64,000 nucleotides of DNA, taken from NCBI GenBank assembly GCA_963849845.1, contig CAWKIJ010000008.1, positions 430-64,429 of the forward strand, written 5' to 3'. Below, piece by piece: positions 11,382 through 24,141 of the stretch (positions are counted from its first letter, which is position 1; each line of letters starts with the position of its first letter). The stretch is from an uncultured Alphaproteobacteria bacterium (GTDB lineage: Bacteria > Pseudomonadota > Alphaproteobacteria > Dongiales > Dongiaceae). A program made the translations under genes and the position numbers. Below the pieces are notes generated by a model, which saw only the letters and a list, made by a program, of their open reading frames with translations, was not told the origin of the DNA and did no database searches.

Positions 11382-13580
11382 TTAGCCGAACGGCTTCGCG
11401 TCGATGAACCTCCGGATCACATTCTCGGTGATTCGGCTGACATTGTTCTCGTATCCGGCATGCGATAATGATCCCGCCCAGGCGATCGAGTTGGTCGAAA
11501 ACACCGCGCCGCCCTTCGGGGTCTCAAAAAACAGCATGTCGCAGCGCACCAGGGGATTGGTGTCTCCGTTCACTGCGGAATGGGTGTGGTTCATCTCCTC
11601 CTTTACCCAGTGATAGCTGGCGGGAAACTCCGTCGCTTCGGCAACGATCAGCGCGTGCGGCGGCGTGCCAAGCGCGAAGTCCGCACGGTCGATTTCCCAG
11701 CCGGCAGCGCCGCCACCGATGGTGCCGAAATCGCCGATCCGTTCGGATGCGCCAATGCCTTCGAAGATGAACGCGGCGCGCGGGTCCAGGCTTTCCGGCC
11801 TCCGGATATAGTGGCTTGAATGGTCGAAGCCCTGGGCAGTGAAGCCGGCGCCGACAAGCGTGTTCGGTGCACGACCCAGCCGGCGCCAGAGTCCGCCCAA
11901 TTCGCCGTTGAAACTCATGTAGTACTCGCCACCCTCGGCGATCCAGCCGCGCATACCGTCTTCGGCCCGGCGATGCTCCATGACTCCGGGCAGCGTGTCA
12001 TGATAGGCCACCCGCCAATAGAAGCCGTTGGCGCCCAGGTAGATCAGCCGGCCACCACCCTGGGTATAGGCGTGAACGGCGTCCAGCATGCGCGTCGTGT
12101 AGTATTCCGGGTGGGTCCCGGTCATGACACAGGCATAGGGCTGCAGAAGGTCCAGGCCCTCGGCATGGAGGTCATCATCGGTGACGATATCGTAAGCAAT
12201 ACCCTTGGCTTCCAGCCAGTCGGTAATATGGGTATCCGCATTGAATTGCCAGAGTTCGGTCTTCGGCCGCATGTTCAGGATCGGTCGAAGGCGCGATACA
12301 TAGGCGACACCGCTGCCGTCGCTGTGCAGATCGTATGTCGACATGCCGAATCCGGGATGTTCTTCCAGGAATCGGTCCACCGCATTGAATGTGGCAAATT
12401 TCCCCGAGGTCAGTTCGTCGAACGACCAACTGGAGATCATCTGCTGGTTGGCATAGGCCCAGTAGCTTGCGGTGGGAATCAGCAGAGCGAGCCGCGCCGT
12501 CGTGGTACCCCGCGCCGGCCGGACAAAAAGTGGCACAAACTCCTCGAGGTCGCCCTGGGTCAGATGAACACAATAGAGACCGCTCCTTAGCGCTGCCGGC
12601 AACGTTACTTCGAAATCCGTCGCCCATCCGCAATCATAGAGATCGTCGTCGTGAAAATGGATCGCGCCATAGTGGGCCGGTTTCTTTGTCCAGTCGAATT
12701 CGCTGGCATCCCATTTCCAGCCCGACATCGCTCGTGTCGGCAAGTTGACGGTATGCCCGTGATATCCGCTGCCCGATAAATCCGATATGTCGATGCCTTC
12801 GATGCCTTTCGAGAAATCCCAGGCGGCGAGAACGGCGGCATCCAAGGGATTGTCGCGCAGGCGGTCCAGTTCTGACCCGCGAAAGGAGCCTGCGGCGACA
12901 CATGGGCTGTCGATCTTGCCGTTATAATGCGCCGCCACCGCGTTCCCGTCGTTCCAGGCGGCCAATCGGAAAGCGCCGCCCTGCCCGATCTCGCAACCAA
13001 GTTTTACGTGCACCTCGGCATCTGTGGGGTTCCGGCCATATTCCAGGATCGCCTTCTGGGCCACCAAGAGCTCCTGGGTTGACGCATCATAGCTAGCGGA
13101 AACCAGGTACCAATGGCGGTCGAGGAGTTTCACGCCAGTACTCAAAGGCGCATTCTGGCCGGCACGGCAGGTAAGGGTGCCGTCGGCGCCGATGCAAAGG
13201 CTGAGGCCCGACGCAGTCGCCAAATCGAAATTGCCGAGAATGGCCTGCTCCGCGCCTTTGGACGGTAAGGTCGGCCAGATCATTGCGAGCAGTGTGAAAC
13301 TGCCGGCAAGGGCTGGGCCGCCATTCGGGAATTCGACATGGGATCCGGCATTCACCGGCTGTCGGCGCGCCACGTAGTCGCCATTGCCATCCGCGGCGAC
13401 GGCCTCGGCCTTGAAGCCGGGTCCGTCTGGACTGTCGTCGCCGCAGATCAGTCGAATCAGTTGGGCCTGGTATTTGCCGGGCAACGGGGAACTGACCTTG
13501 ACCTCGATACGATCGCCCGGCGCGGCGCTGACCTCGTTGGAATAGGCGAGCAATCTTTCGGCCATTCTCTGTCCCTTCAT
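11382..13580 (-). CDS. N,N-dimethylformamidase large (beta) subunit family protein
   Basis: The ORF is 732 aa. It has an N-terminal jelly-roll/LamG-like part (SFTLLAMIWPT, HWYLVSASYD) and a C-terminal part (GGRLIYLGANGFYWRVAYH, GGAAGWEIDRAD, NSIAWAGSLSH). This matches what I recall of DMFase beta-subunit-family proteins. The assignment is from memory only. Confidence 0.6.
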   Translation of the reverse strand: MKGQRMAERLLAYSNEVSAAPGDRIEVKVSSPLPGKYQAQLIRLICGDDSPDGPGFKAEAVAADGNGDYVARRQPVNAGSHVEFPNGGPALAGSFTLLAMIWPTLPSKGAEQAILGNFDLATASGLSLCIGADGTLTCRAGQNAPLSTGVKLLDRHWYLVSASYDASTQELLVAQKAILEYGRNPTDAEVHVKLGCEIGQGGAFRLAAWNDGNAVAAHYNGKIDSPCVAAGSFRGSELDRLRDNPLDAAVLAAWDFSKGIEGIDISDLSGSGYHGHTVNLPTRAMSGWKWDASEFDWTKKPAHYGAIHFHDDDLYDCGWATDFEVTLPAALRSGLYCVHLTQGDLEEFVPLFVRPARGTTTARLALLIPTASYWAYANQQMISSWSFDELTSGKFATFNAVDRFLEEHPGFGMSTYDLHSDGSGVAYVSRLRPILNMRPKTELWQFNADTHITDWLEAKGIAYDIVTDDDLHAEGLDLLQPYACVMTGTHPEYYTTRMLDAVHAYTQGGGRLIYLGANGFYWRVAYHDTLPGVMEHRRAEDGMRGWIAEGGEYYMSFNGELGGLWRRLGRAPNTLVGAGFTAQGFDHSSHYIRRPESLDPRAAFIFEGIGASERIGDFGTIGGGAAGWEIDRADFALGTPPHALIVAEATEFPASYHWVKEEMNHTHSAVNGDTNPLVRCDMLFFETPKGGAVFSTNSIAWAGSLSHAGYENNVSRITENVIRRFIDAKPFG

Positions 13581-13879
13581 TCAACCGGACAGGCTTGACC
13601 GGTGGCTTCCTGCCATCGCGCGCGAAAACAGGCCCACGTGGCCTCGGCATAGCTAGTGAAAGCGGGGCCGACTTCGGTCACGACCTGACCGCGGGCGGCC
13701 CCCATGCATCCCAGTTTCCATTCCCGATGGTGCTTGGTGCAGATGATGATCGTCTTTCCCCGGGAACTGCCCCAGCGCATGACCTGGACGACCTTCTGCA
13801 ACTCGGGGCTGTGCGGTCCGAACGGCGCGGCCTTGAACTCTCGGGCAAGGTCTGCACGACTGGAATCGATTCGGTACAT
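13577..13879 (-). CDS. Small protein translationally coupled to the DMFase-like gene (possible small subunit)
   Basis: The ORF is 100 aa. GAGG lies 5 nt upstream of the ATG at 13879. Its TGA overlaps the downstream ATG (ATGA at 13577-13580). I recognise no family. Confidence 0.5.
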   Translation of the reverse strand: MYRIDSSRADLAREFKAAPFGPHSPELQKVVQVMRWGSSRGKTIIICTKHHREWKLGCMGAARGQVVTEVGPAFTSYAEATWACFRARWQEATGQACPVE

Positions 13880-13926
13880 AGTAGCCTCGGAACACTAAAT
13901 CAATTTGGACTAGGTCTAAATGATGG

Positions 13927-17219
<3,293 letters not shown>

Positions 17220-18785
17220 TCAGCCGGCAGCACGACGGTCGATCACACCGTCCTTCCAGAGATGCAGGTTGGTGAGCGTTCGCTCGGCATGCAGCATTCG
17301 CCATGACAGCAGCTTCTGGGCGCATTCGAGGATGACCCCAGCATGGGCGGGGTCGGCTGCAAGATTGTTCATCTCGTCAGGATCGCTTTCGAGATCGAAC
17401 AGCAGGGGCGGGAGTGCAGCGAAGTGGACATACTTCCATCTCCTGCCGCGGAGTATCGACATTTGGCAGGCGTCTGGATCGAGGCCAAGGTCGGATTCGG
17501 CATCGAACCCCTGCAGATTCGGTGTCGTTCGGAAGTCGAGCTCCATATGCGCCTCCTGGCGCCAGTCCGAGGGGGCCCGCCCCTCAAGGAACGGCCGAAG
17601 CGACCGGCCGTCGCAATTGGGGGGTAGATCCAGGCCAAGCCAGTCCAGGATCGTCGGCATCAGGTCCACGGATTCCGTGAAGGCGTCGACGTGTCGGCCG
17701 CGCCCGCCGTCGGCAGCCCGGCGCGGGTCGCGAATGATCAGCGGGATATGAAAGCTCTGATCGAAATACAGTTCCTTGCCCCAGGTATAGTGGTCGCCGC
17801 CCATTTCCCCATGGTCGCATGTGAAAATAATCAGCGTGTCGTCGTATTCGCCGGTAGCCTTGAGATGCGCAACAATCTTACCTATGGCATCGTCGACCTC
17901 GTTGATCATGCCGTAATAGCAGGCACGCATTTGCCTGAGTTCGAGATCCGGCATTCGTACAAGGCTGTGCGGATTGTGCTCGTCGTACCCGTTCGGTCCC
18001 TCGAAGCATTGGATCCACAGCTTCAGATAGGGATGCTGCTCGCCTTCGAGTTCTGGCGTTTCGCGGCGCTTCGGAAAGGGTACCTGCGCGGGGTCATATA
18101 GGGCGTTGTAGGGTTCCGGGGCGATGACCGGCGGATGGGGGCGCAGAAAGACACTATGCAGGAACCAGTCATGGCCGCGGCGGCCATCCAGCCACCGGAT
18201 GACTTGGTCGGTCATGAAGCTGGTGTCGCTGTCCTCTGCCCGGAAGAACGTGGGAATAAACCGATGGCCGCGATTGGCCGGCCGTTCGAAATCCCTGCGC
18301 GGCACATAGACGTCGTGCCGGCCCTTGAAATGGTAGCCCTTTGCGCGGAGATCGCTCATCCAGGCCGCCATGTAATCCTGGAACAGGAGGCCGATCGAAT
18401 AGCCGGGCAGAGGCCCTTCATAGGTTCGCAGCGCCGGATCATTGGCATGGCGGCCCCGCGGGTCAGGGCTTGTGTCGGTATAGCCAAACAATGTGGGGTC
18501 TAGCCCGGCTTTGCGAACTTCTTTGGCCACATTGGTGTGTCGAGCGTCGAGCGGTGTCCCGTTTCGGCCGGAACGATGGTTCATTAGATAGAGCCCGGTC
18601 TGCAAGCTGGTCCGTGCCGGACCGCAGGGGGCACAGACGGTGTAGTGCTGCTTGAAAAGGGTTCCTGTGGAGGCCAAAGCGTCTAGATGGGGGGTCTTGA
18701 CCACGGGATGGCCCAGGGCAGACAGGCACTCCGCGCGCCACTGATCGGCCGAGATGAAAAGGATACGCCTGGGTTTATGGTCCAT
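17220..18785 (-). CDS. Sulfatase-family (alkaline phosphatase superfamily) hydrolase, phosphonate monoester hydrolase-like
   Basis: 521 aa with ILFISADQWRAE, CAPCGPARTSLQTGLYLMNHR (the CxPxR formylglycine motif), TCDHGEMGGDH and KYVHFAALPPLLFDL..LSWR. It resembles rhizobial PMH as I recall it. Confidence 0.75.
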   Translation of the reverse strand: MDHKPRRILFISADQWRAECLSALGHPVVKTPHLDALASTGTLFKQHYTVCAPCGPARTSLQTGLYLMNHRSGRNGTPLDARHTNVAKEVRKAGLDPTLFGYTDTSPDPRGRHANDPALRTYEGPLPGYSIGLLFQDYMAAWMSDLRAKGYHFKGRHDVYVPRRDFERPANRGHRFIPTFFRAEDSDTSFMTDQVIRWLDGRRGHDWFLHSVFLRPHPPVIAPEPYNALYDPAQVPFPKRRETPELEGEQHPYLKLWIQCFEGPNGYDEHNPHSLVRMPDLELRQMRACYYGMINEVDDAIGKIVAHLKATGEYDDTLIIFTCDHGEMGGDHYTWGKELYFDQSFHIPLIIRDPRRAADGGRGRHVDAFTESVDLMPTILDWLGLDLPPNCDGRSLRPFLEGRAPSDWRQEAHMELDFRTTPNLQGFDAESDLGLDPDACQMSILRGRRWKYVHFAALPPLLFDLESDPDEMNNLAADPAHAGVILECAQKLLSWRMLHAERTLTNLHLWKDGVIDRRAAG

Positions 18786-19086
18786 GGTCCTTACCTATTC
18801 CTGGGCTGGCAGGTCGATACCCTGTCCGGCGAGTTGCAATGTCGGCAGGAACACTAGCCGCCCCAACGACGCTCGCCAATCGGCCACCTGCCCGGCGTTT
18901 TCGGGGTCGGACCCCGGCAACGGAGGGGCGGCCAAAGCTACCGGCAGCCGGATCACGACAAATTGCTCTTTCGCTCACCGTCTCGGATCAGTAATCTAGG
19001 TGCAACAAATCGTGGCTAAGGTCCGTAATGCCACTCAGAAGAAAACCCAGGGAAACAATTCGGACCAAATTGAAGGGAGACCTCAA

Positions 19087-20247
19087 GTGACTGACAAAAC
19101 GACCATTAATCCCGTCGCACTCGCGGCGCGGGAGTTCTCGCGTCGCGCATTGCTGAAGACCTCGGTCGTCGCTGGCGCTGGCGCCATCACGGCACCTTGG
19201 ATCGTCAAGAACGCCTTCTCCTCATCCGGTGAAGTCAACTTCATGGGTTGGGCGGGCTACGACTTCAAGGAACTCTTTGCGGCATTCACCGCGAAGACGG
19301 GCATCAAGATGAATTTCATCGAACAGCCCGACAATGACACGATTTTCGCCCAGGCGAAGCTCTCCTTGCAGACCGCCGCCATCGACGTCATCGAACCGAC
19401 GGTCGATCGCGTCCAGTCCTACAGCGAGAACGGTCTGGTCCAGCCTTGGGACCTCAATGTCCTCAGCATCGACGCCTATGAGCCGGGTCTGGTAACCGGC
19501 CAGGCGGGCGATATGGCGACCATCGATGGCAAGCGCCTGTTCGTCCCCAGCGTCTGGGGTACGGAAGCACTGGTCTTCAACACCCAGGAAAACCCGCTCG
19601 AATACGGCACAGCCAGCCTCGCCGACCTCTTCGATCCGAAGAACGAAGGCAAGGTCGTGGTCCGCGCACATTCGGCGCTGGCCGCGCTTGGTCGTGTCCT
19701 GGACGGCCAGGGCAAGCTCCCGCGTCCGTTCATGGACGGCTACAAAGATGACGCCGCCATGAAGGAAATCTGGGACGTCATTCTTGCCGAAGCCATCAAG
19801 CACAAGGCCAATATCGTGCAGTTCTGGAAGGGCGAGAACGAGGCCCAGGCCGCGTTCCGCACCAACGGCTGCACTTTGGGTCTGTGCTGGGATTCGACCG
19901 GCTTCAACATGCAGAAGGAAGGTCCGTATTCCTACATCGCGCCGAAGGAAGGTGCGTTTGCCTGGAACCAGGGCTACATGCTGATGAAGAACGCCAAGAA
20001 CGTGGCGCAGGCTCACGAATGGGCCAAGTTCATCGCGTCGCCGGAAGGTTCGGCTGCGAACGCCAAGGCGTTCTCTGCCAATCCGGTCGGCAAGGGCGCG
20101 ATCGATCTGGCCGATCCGACCGTGACCAAGTTCTACAAGGCTGCCTATCCTGGCGATGCGCTGAGCAAGCTGTGGTGGTGGCCGGTGCAGAGCAGCTCGT
20201 TCCTGAAGCTGCGTGCCGAATACGCCGACAAGTTCATCGCGGCGTAA
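19087..20247 (+). CDS. ABC transporter substrate-binding protein, PotD/PotF-like (polyamine/aminophosphonate type)
   Basis: This lies within ORF 19000..20247. The preferred start is GTG 19087, after GAAGGGAG. It has a Tat-like signal, SRRALLKTSVVAGAGAITAP. The periplasmic binding-protein layout and the operon context fit this call. Confidence 0.85.
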   Translation: MTDKTTINPVALAAREFSRRALLKTSVVAGAGAITAPWIVKNAFSSSGEVNFMGWAGYDFKELFAAFTAKTGIKMNFIEQPDNDTIFAQAKLSLQTAAIDVIEPTVDRVQSYSENGLVQPWDLNVLSIDAYEPGLVTGQAGDMATIDGKRLFVPSVWGTEALVFNTQENPLEYGTASLADLFDPKNEGKVVVRAHSALAALGRVLDGQGKLPRPFMDGYKDDAAMKEIWDVILAEAIKHKANIVQFWKGENEAQAAFRTNGCTLGLCWDSTGFNMQKEGPYSYIAPKEGAFAWNQGYMLMKNAKNVAQAHEWAKFIASPEGSAANAKAFSANPVGKGAIDLADPTVTKFYKAAYPGDALSKLWWWPVQSSSFLKLRAEYADKFIAA

Positions 20248-20261
20248 ATTTAGGGGAAATG

Positions 20262-20288
20262 AACCGCCGGGCTGAATGCCCGGCGGTT
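20262..20288 (+). terminator. Intra-operon stem-loop after the binding-protein gene
   Basis: An 11-bp stem, AACCGCCGGGC pairing with GCCCGGCGGTT, encloses the loop TGAAT. It starts 15 nt after the TAA at 20245-20247 and is followed by TATACTT. This is the typical position for an attenuating hairpin between SBP and ATPase genes. Confidence 0.5.
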
Positions 20289-20367
20289 TATACTTACATT
20301 GCTGCTGGACTTCATCCCGTGGGGGCGCATGATGGCCTCACGCTGGAACTTATTGTGACGGGGACAG

Positions 20368-21465
20368 ATGAGCGAAGACGTCGAACTTTCCAGAGTATCC
20401 ATGGACTTCGGCAAGTTTCGCGCCGTGAACGAAGTCGATGTGACGATCAAGGCCGGCGAATTCTTCTCCTTTCTCGGACCTTCGGGCTGCGGCAAGACGA
20501 CAATCCTGCGCCTGATCTCCGGCTTCATGGACCCAACCGGCGGGGCGGTAAAGATCGGTGGCGTGGATATGCGGGGCATCCGGCCCAATATGCGCCCGAC
20601 GGCCCTCATCTTTCAGAATCTGGCACTGTTTCCGTTGATGCCGGTCTGGGAGAACATCGCTTTTGGTCTTGAGGTTCGCGGTGTCGATAAGGCGGCCCGG
20701 CGGGCCAAGGCCGACGAATTGTTGCGTCTCGTGGACCTGCCGGATTCCGGCGACAAGAAGATCAGCCAGCTTTCCGGTGGCCAGAAGCAGCGGGTTGCCA
20801 TTGCCCGCGCGCTGGCCGTCGAGCCCAAGGTCATGCTCCTCGATGAGCCGCTGTCTGCCCTCGATCTCAAGCTTCGGCAGCACATGCGTGCCGAGCTGCG
20901 CGCCATCCAGAAGCGGACCGGCGTCACCTTCATCTACATTACCCATGATCAGGGCGAGGCGCTTGCCATGTCCGACCGCGTCGGGGTGATGTCCCAAGGC
21001 GTGCTGCAGCAGGTAGGCACGCCGGTGGAGATCTACAACAAGCCGGCCAACGGCTTCGTCGCCTCCTTCGTCGGCGAGAACAATATCTTCCCGGGCAAAG
21101 TGCGCTCGGTCGAGGGCGGGGTCGCCAAGTTCGAGACCGCATCCGGAACATTCGCCTCGCATCTTGGCGCCGGTCTCGATCGCGGTGCGGTCGCCAAGCT
21201 CTATGTCCGGCCTGAACATTCCACCCTGCACGCGGCGCCGCCTCCGGGTGTCAACAGCGTGCCGGTCGAGGTGAACGAGGTCGCCTTCGAGGGGAACTTC
21301 GTCAACATCCACGTTGCGGATTCCCATGGCGGCGCGCATATGGTTCAGGTGCAGAACGACCCTAGCCTGCCGCCGCCGGCGCCTGGCGCCAGGTTGAGCA
21401 TGGCCTTCACCGCCGAGCATGCCGTCGTCCTCGCCGACACGGCCGTTCGCAGCGGCCACGCCTGA
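20368..21465 (+). CDS. ABC transporter ATP-binding protein, PotA-like
   Basis: Walker A is GPSGCGKTT, the signature is LSGGQKQRVAIARAL and Walker B is MLLDEPLSALD. A C-terminal TOBE-like extension is present. Confidence 0.9.
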   Translation: MSEDVELSRVSMDFGKFRAVNEVDVTIKAGEFFSFLGPSGCGKTTILRLISGFMDPTGGAVKIGGVDMRGIRPNMRPTALIFQNLALFPLMPVWENIAFGLEVRGVDKAARRAKADELLRLVDLPDSGDKKISQLSGGQKQRVAIARALAVEPKVMLLDEPLSALDLKLRQHMRAELRAIQKRTGVTFIYITHDQGEALAMSDRVGVMSQGVLQQVGTPVEIYNKPANGFVASFVGENNIFPGKVRSVEGGVAKFETASGTFASHLGAGLDRGAVAKLYVRPEHSTLHAAPPPGVNSVPVEVNEVAFEGNFVNIHVADSHGGAHMVQVQNDPSLPPPAPGARLSMAFTAEHAVVLADTAVRSGHA

Positions 21466-21480
21466 GCAGGGGCCGGTCCG

Positions 21481-22362
21481 ATGCATGAACTCCTTCGCCG
21501 ATACGGGTCCACGCTGACCGCCGCGATGATCGTGCTGACAGCCTTCTGGCTGCTGGCGCTGGTCATCGTCCCCAATCTGGTGCTGTTCCAGTTCTCGTTC
21601 AAGCCGTACCTGCCAGTCGATCAGCTTGGCGGGCCGCTGGACGTGTATTCGCTGAAGAACTACATGACCTTCGCGGACAGCCCGATCCACGTGAAGATCT
21701 TCGGTCTTACCGTGCTCTACAGCTCGATCGTGACGCTGCTCTGCCTGGTGCTCAGCTATCCCATCGCCTTCTACCTCGCCAAGGTAGTGCGGCCGGCCAA
21801 TGCGCCGACGCTTTTCCTGCTGCTGCTGATCCCGCTCTGGGTGAGCGAGATCCTGCGCTCCTTCGCCTGGTTCATCATTCTTTCCTACAAGGGGCCGCTG
21901 AACGCCATCTGGCACGAGTTTCTCGGCTTCGATGCGGTGCGCTGGATCACCGGCTTCAACGGGGTCATCATCGGCCTCGTCTATGCCTATGTGCTCTTCA
22001 TGCTGTTTCCGATCTACAATGCGATCTCGTCTCTGGACTCAAACCAGATCGAAGCGTCCCAGGATCTGGGAGCTCCCTTGTGGCGGACCCATTGGCGCGT
22101 GGTCATCCCCCATTCGAAGCCCGGCATCGCTTCGGGCTGCGTGATGGTGTTCATGCTTTCGGCGGGTTCGGTTATCGTGCCCAGTACCCTGGCCTCGCCG
22201 GGTTCGCGCTGGTTCACGGAGATCATCCAGCAATGGATGTTCGAGGGCCTCGACTGGAATGTCGGATCGGCCTATGCCTTCCTACTCCTGCTGCTCTGCA
22301 CGGTCTTCGTGAGCCTGATGATGCGGCTCCTGAATGTCCGCCTCGTCGATATCGCCAAGTAG
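21481..22362 (+). CDS. ABC transporter permease, PotB-like
   Basis: 293 aa with about six hydrophobic helices. An EAA-like loop reads IEASQDLGAPLWRTHWRVVIP. Confidence 0.85.
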   Translation: MHELLRRYGSTLTAAMIVLTAFWLLALVIVPNLVLFQFSFKPYLPVDQLGGPLDVYSLKNYMTFADSPIHVKIFGLTVLYSSIVTLLCLVLSYPIAFYLAKVVRPANAPTLFLLLLIPLWVSEILRSFAWFIILSYKGPLNAIWHEFLGFDAVRWITGFNGVIIGLVYAYVLFMLFPIYNAISSLDSNQIEASQDLGAPLWRTHWRVVIPHSKPGIASGCVMVFMLSAGSVIVPSTLASPGSRWFTEIIQQWMFEGLDWNVGSAYAFLLLLLCTVFVSLMMRLLNVRLVDIAK

Positions 22363-22374
22363 GGGCGCTGCATC

Positions 22375-23304
22375 ATGAGAACCCACGCCTTCGGCCAATT
22401 CCTGATCCGGGCCTATCTGGTCATCTTCCTCGCCTATATGCTCCTGCCGCTGATTGTCATGGGCGGCGCTGCGCTGAACGACACCAAGTTTCCCTCGGTC
22501 TATCCGTGGGCGGGCTGGACCGATCGCTGGTTCATCGATCTGTGGACCGACGAGCGCATGTGGACCGCGGGGCGCAACACGATCCTGGTGGCCCTGGCCG
22601 TCGTCGTCATCTCGATCCCGATCGGCACCGCGGCAGCGATCCTGATCAACAGTGTGCAGGCGAAGTCGCGTTCTTTCCTCTATGGCGTTATGGTGGCGCC
22701 GATCCTCACCCCCGGCGCGGTGATCGGCATCTCGACACTGCTGTTCTGGAACAATCTGGGCATCGTGTCCGGCATGCAGCAGAATTTCCCGTTCGCTGCC
22801 GGCCTGCATCTCTCGGTACTGGGCCAGGTCTCCTTTATCGCCGCCTACGTCATGCTGCTGGTTCTCGCCCGCCTGCAGAGCTTCGACCCCGGGCTCGAGG
22901 AAGCGGCACTTGACCTGGGCGCCAGTCATGGCCAGGTGATGCGTCGCGTGCTGATGCCGCATCTCTACCCGGCGATCGGCGCTGGTGCGCTGATCGCCTT
23001 CTTCCAGTCGGTAGAGAACTTCAACGTGACGCTCTTTACCCGCGGAACCTATGATACCTTGACCGTCTATGTCGGTTCGAAGGTGCGATCCGGCATCACC
23101 CCGACGATCAACGCGCTGGCACTCAGCCTGATCGTGATCACCGTGCTCGGCGCGATCGCCTACGAGATATCGCGGCGCCGGGCGGTGGCTCGCGAACTCG
23201 CCGACCTTGCAGTCCTGGAGAAGGCCATCGCCGCCGAGGAACAGCGGCTGGCCCGAATGGCCGTTCCCGGCGACGACGGGTTGGAGATGGCCTCGACGCA
23301 ATAG
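22375..23304 (+). CDS. ABC transporter permease, PotC-like, with charged C-terminal tail
   Basis: 309 aa. The EAA-like loop is LEEAALDLGASHGQVMRRVLMP. An extra tail of about 45 aa follows the last helix (RRRAVARELADLAVLEKAIAAEEQRLARMAVPGDDGLEMASTQ). Confidence 0.85.
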   Translation: MRTHAFGQFLIRAYLVIFLAYMLLPLIVMGGAALNDTKFPSVYPWAGWTDRWFIDLWTDERMWTAGRNTILVALAVVVISIPIGTAAAILINSVQAKSRSFLYGVMVAPILTPGAVIGISTLLFWNNLGIVSGMQQNFPFAAGLHLSVLGQVSFIAAYVMLLVLARLQSFDPGLEEAALDLGASHGQVMRRVLMPHLYPAIGAGALIAFFQSVENFNVTLFTRGTYDTLTVYVGSKVRSGITPTINALALSLIVITVLGAIAYEISRRRAVARELADLAVLEKAIAAEEQRLARMAVPGDDGLEMASTQ

Positions 23305-23331
23305 GGCCGGCTTGGATCGGCCGATCGCCGT

Positions 23332-24126
23332 TCAGCCGGCGATGAGGAGTTCCACGTCGGCCGCTTCCAGGCGATCCGCTAGGTCCTTGGGCGGCATCCC
23401 GTCGCTCACCAGCAGGTCGACATCGTCGAATCCGCAGGCGACGACCAGCCCCTGGGCCGCGAACTTGCTGCAATCGGTTGCCAGGATCACCCGGCGGGCG
23501 CGACGGATCAGGGTCTGGCAGACCTCCGCCTCGCAGAGATGGTTGTCCATGACGCCCAGTTCCGCCCCGACCGCACTGGTCGAGATGATCGCCGTATCGA
23601 CCTTGAACTGCTCCATGAAACTGATCGTCGCCGGCCCGAAGGCGGCGCTGTCGTCGGCCCGCACTTCGCCGCCGGCAAGATAGACGCGGTTGCCTTCGCC
23701 CTGCGACAGGCGCTGCGCGATCGGCGCCGAGTTGGTGACGACGGTCAGCCGGCGGTGTGCCTTCAGCGCCTCGGCGACATAGACATTGGTGCTGCTGGTA
23801 TCGATCATCAGCGACTTGCCGTCGGCGATCTCCTTGGCAACGGCCTGGGCGATCAGCTGCTTGGCCGGCATGTTGGCCATCAGGCGCCGCTGCAGGGGAT
23901 GATCCTCGCGGCGGTCAGGCCAGGCGACGCTGCCGTGGCTCTTGGTCACCAGCCCCTTGGCGGCCAGCCAGCGGACGTCGCGCCGGACGGTCTCGGTCGA
24001 GACGTCCAGCGCTTTCGCCAGCACCGCCACCGTCGCCACGCGGTCGCGGCGCAGCTGCTCGAGGAGCTGTCCCTGGCGGCCGTTCAGCCGCAGGCTGGAG
24101 AGATCGCTCAGGTTCGCGTCAAACAT
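23332..24126 (-). CDS. DeoR family transcriptional regulator
   Basis: The N-terminal HTH reads RQGQLLEQLRRDRVATVAVLAKALDVSTETVRRDVRWLAAKGLVTKSHG. The C-terminal half is DeoR-C sugar-phosphate-isomerase-like. Confidence 0.85.
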   Translation of the reverse strand: MFDANLSDLSSLRLNGRQGQLLEQLRRDRVATVAVLAKALDVSTETVRRDVRWLAAKGLVTKSHGSVAWPDRREDHPLQRRLMANMPAKQLIAQAVAKEIADGKSLMIDTSSTNVYVAEALKAHRRLTVVTNSAPIAQRLSQGEGNRVYLAGGEVRADDSAAFGPATISFMEQFKVDTAIISTSAVGAELGVMDNHLCEAEVCQTLIRRARRVILATDCSKFAAQGLVVACGFDDVDLLVSDGMPPKDLADRLEAADVELLIAG

Positions 24127-24141
24127 CTGCCATCCTCCACG

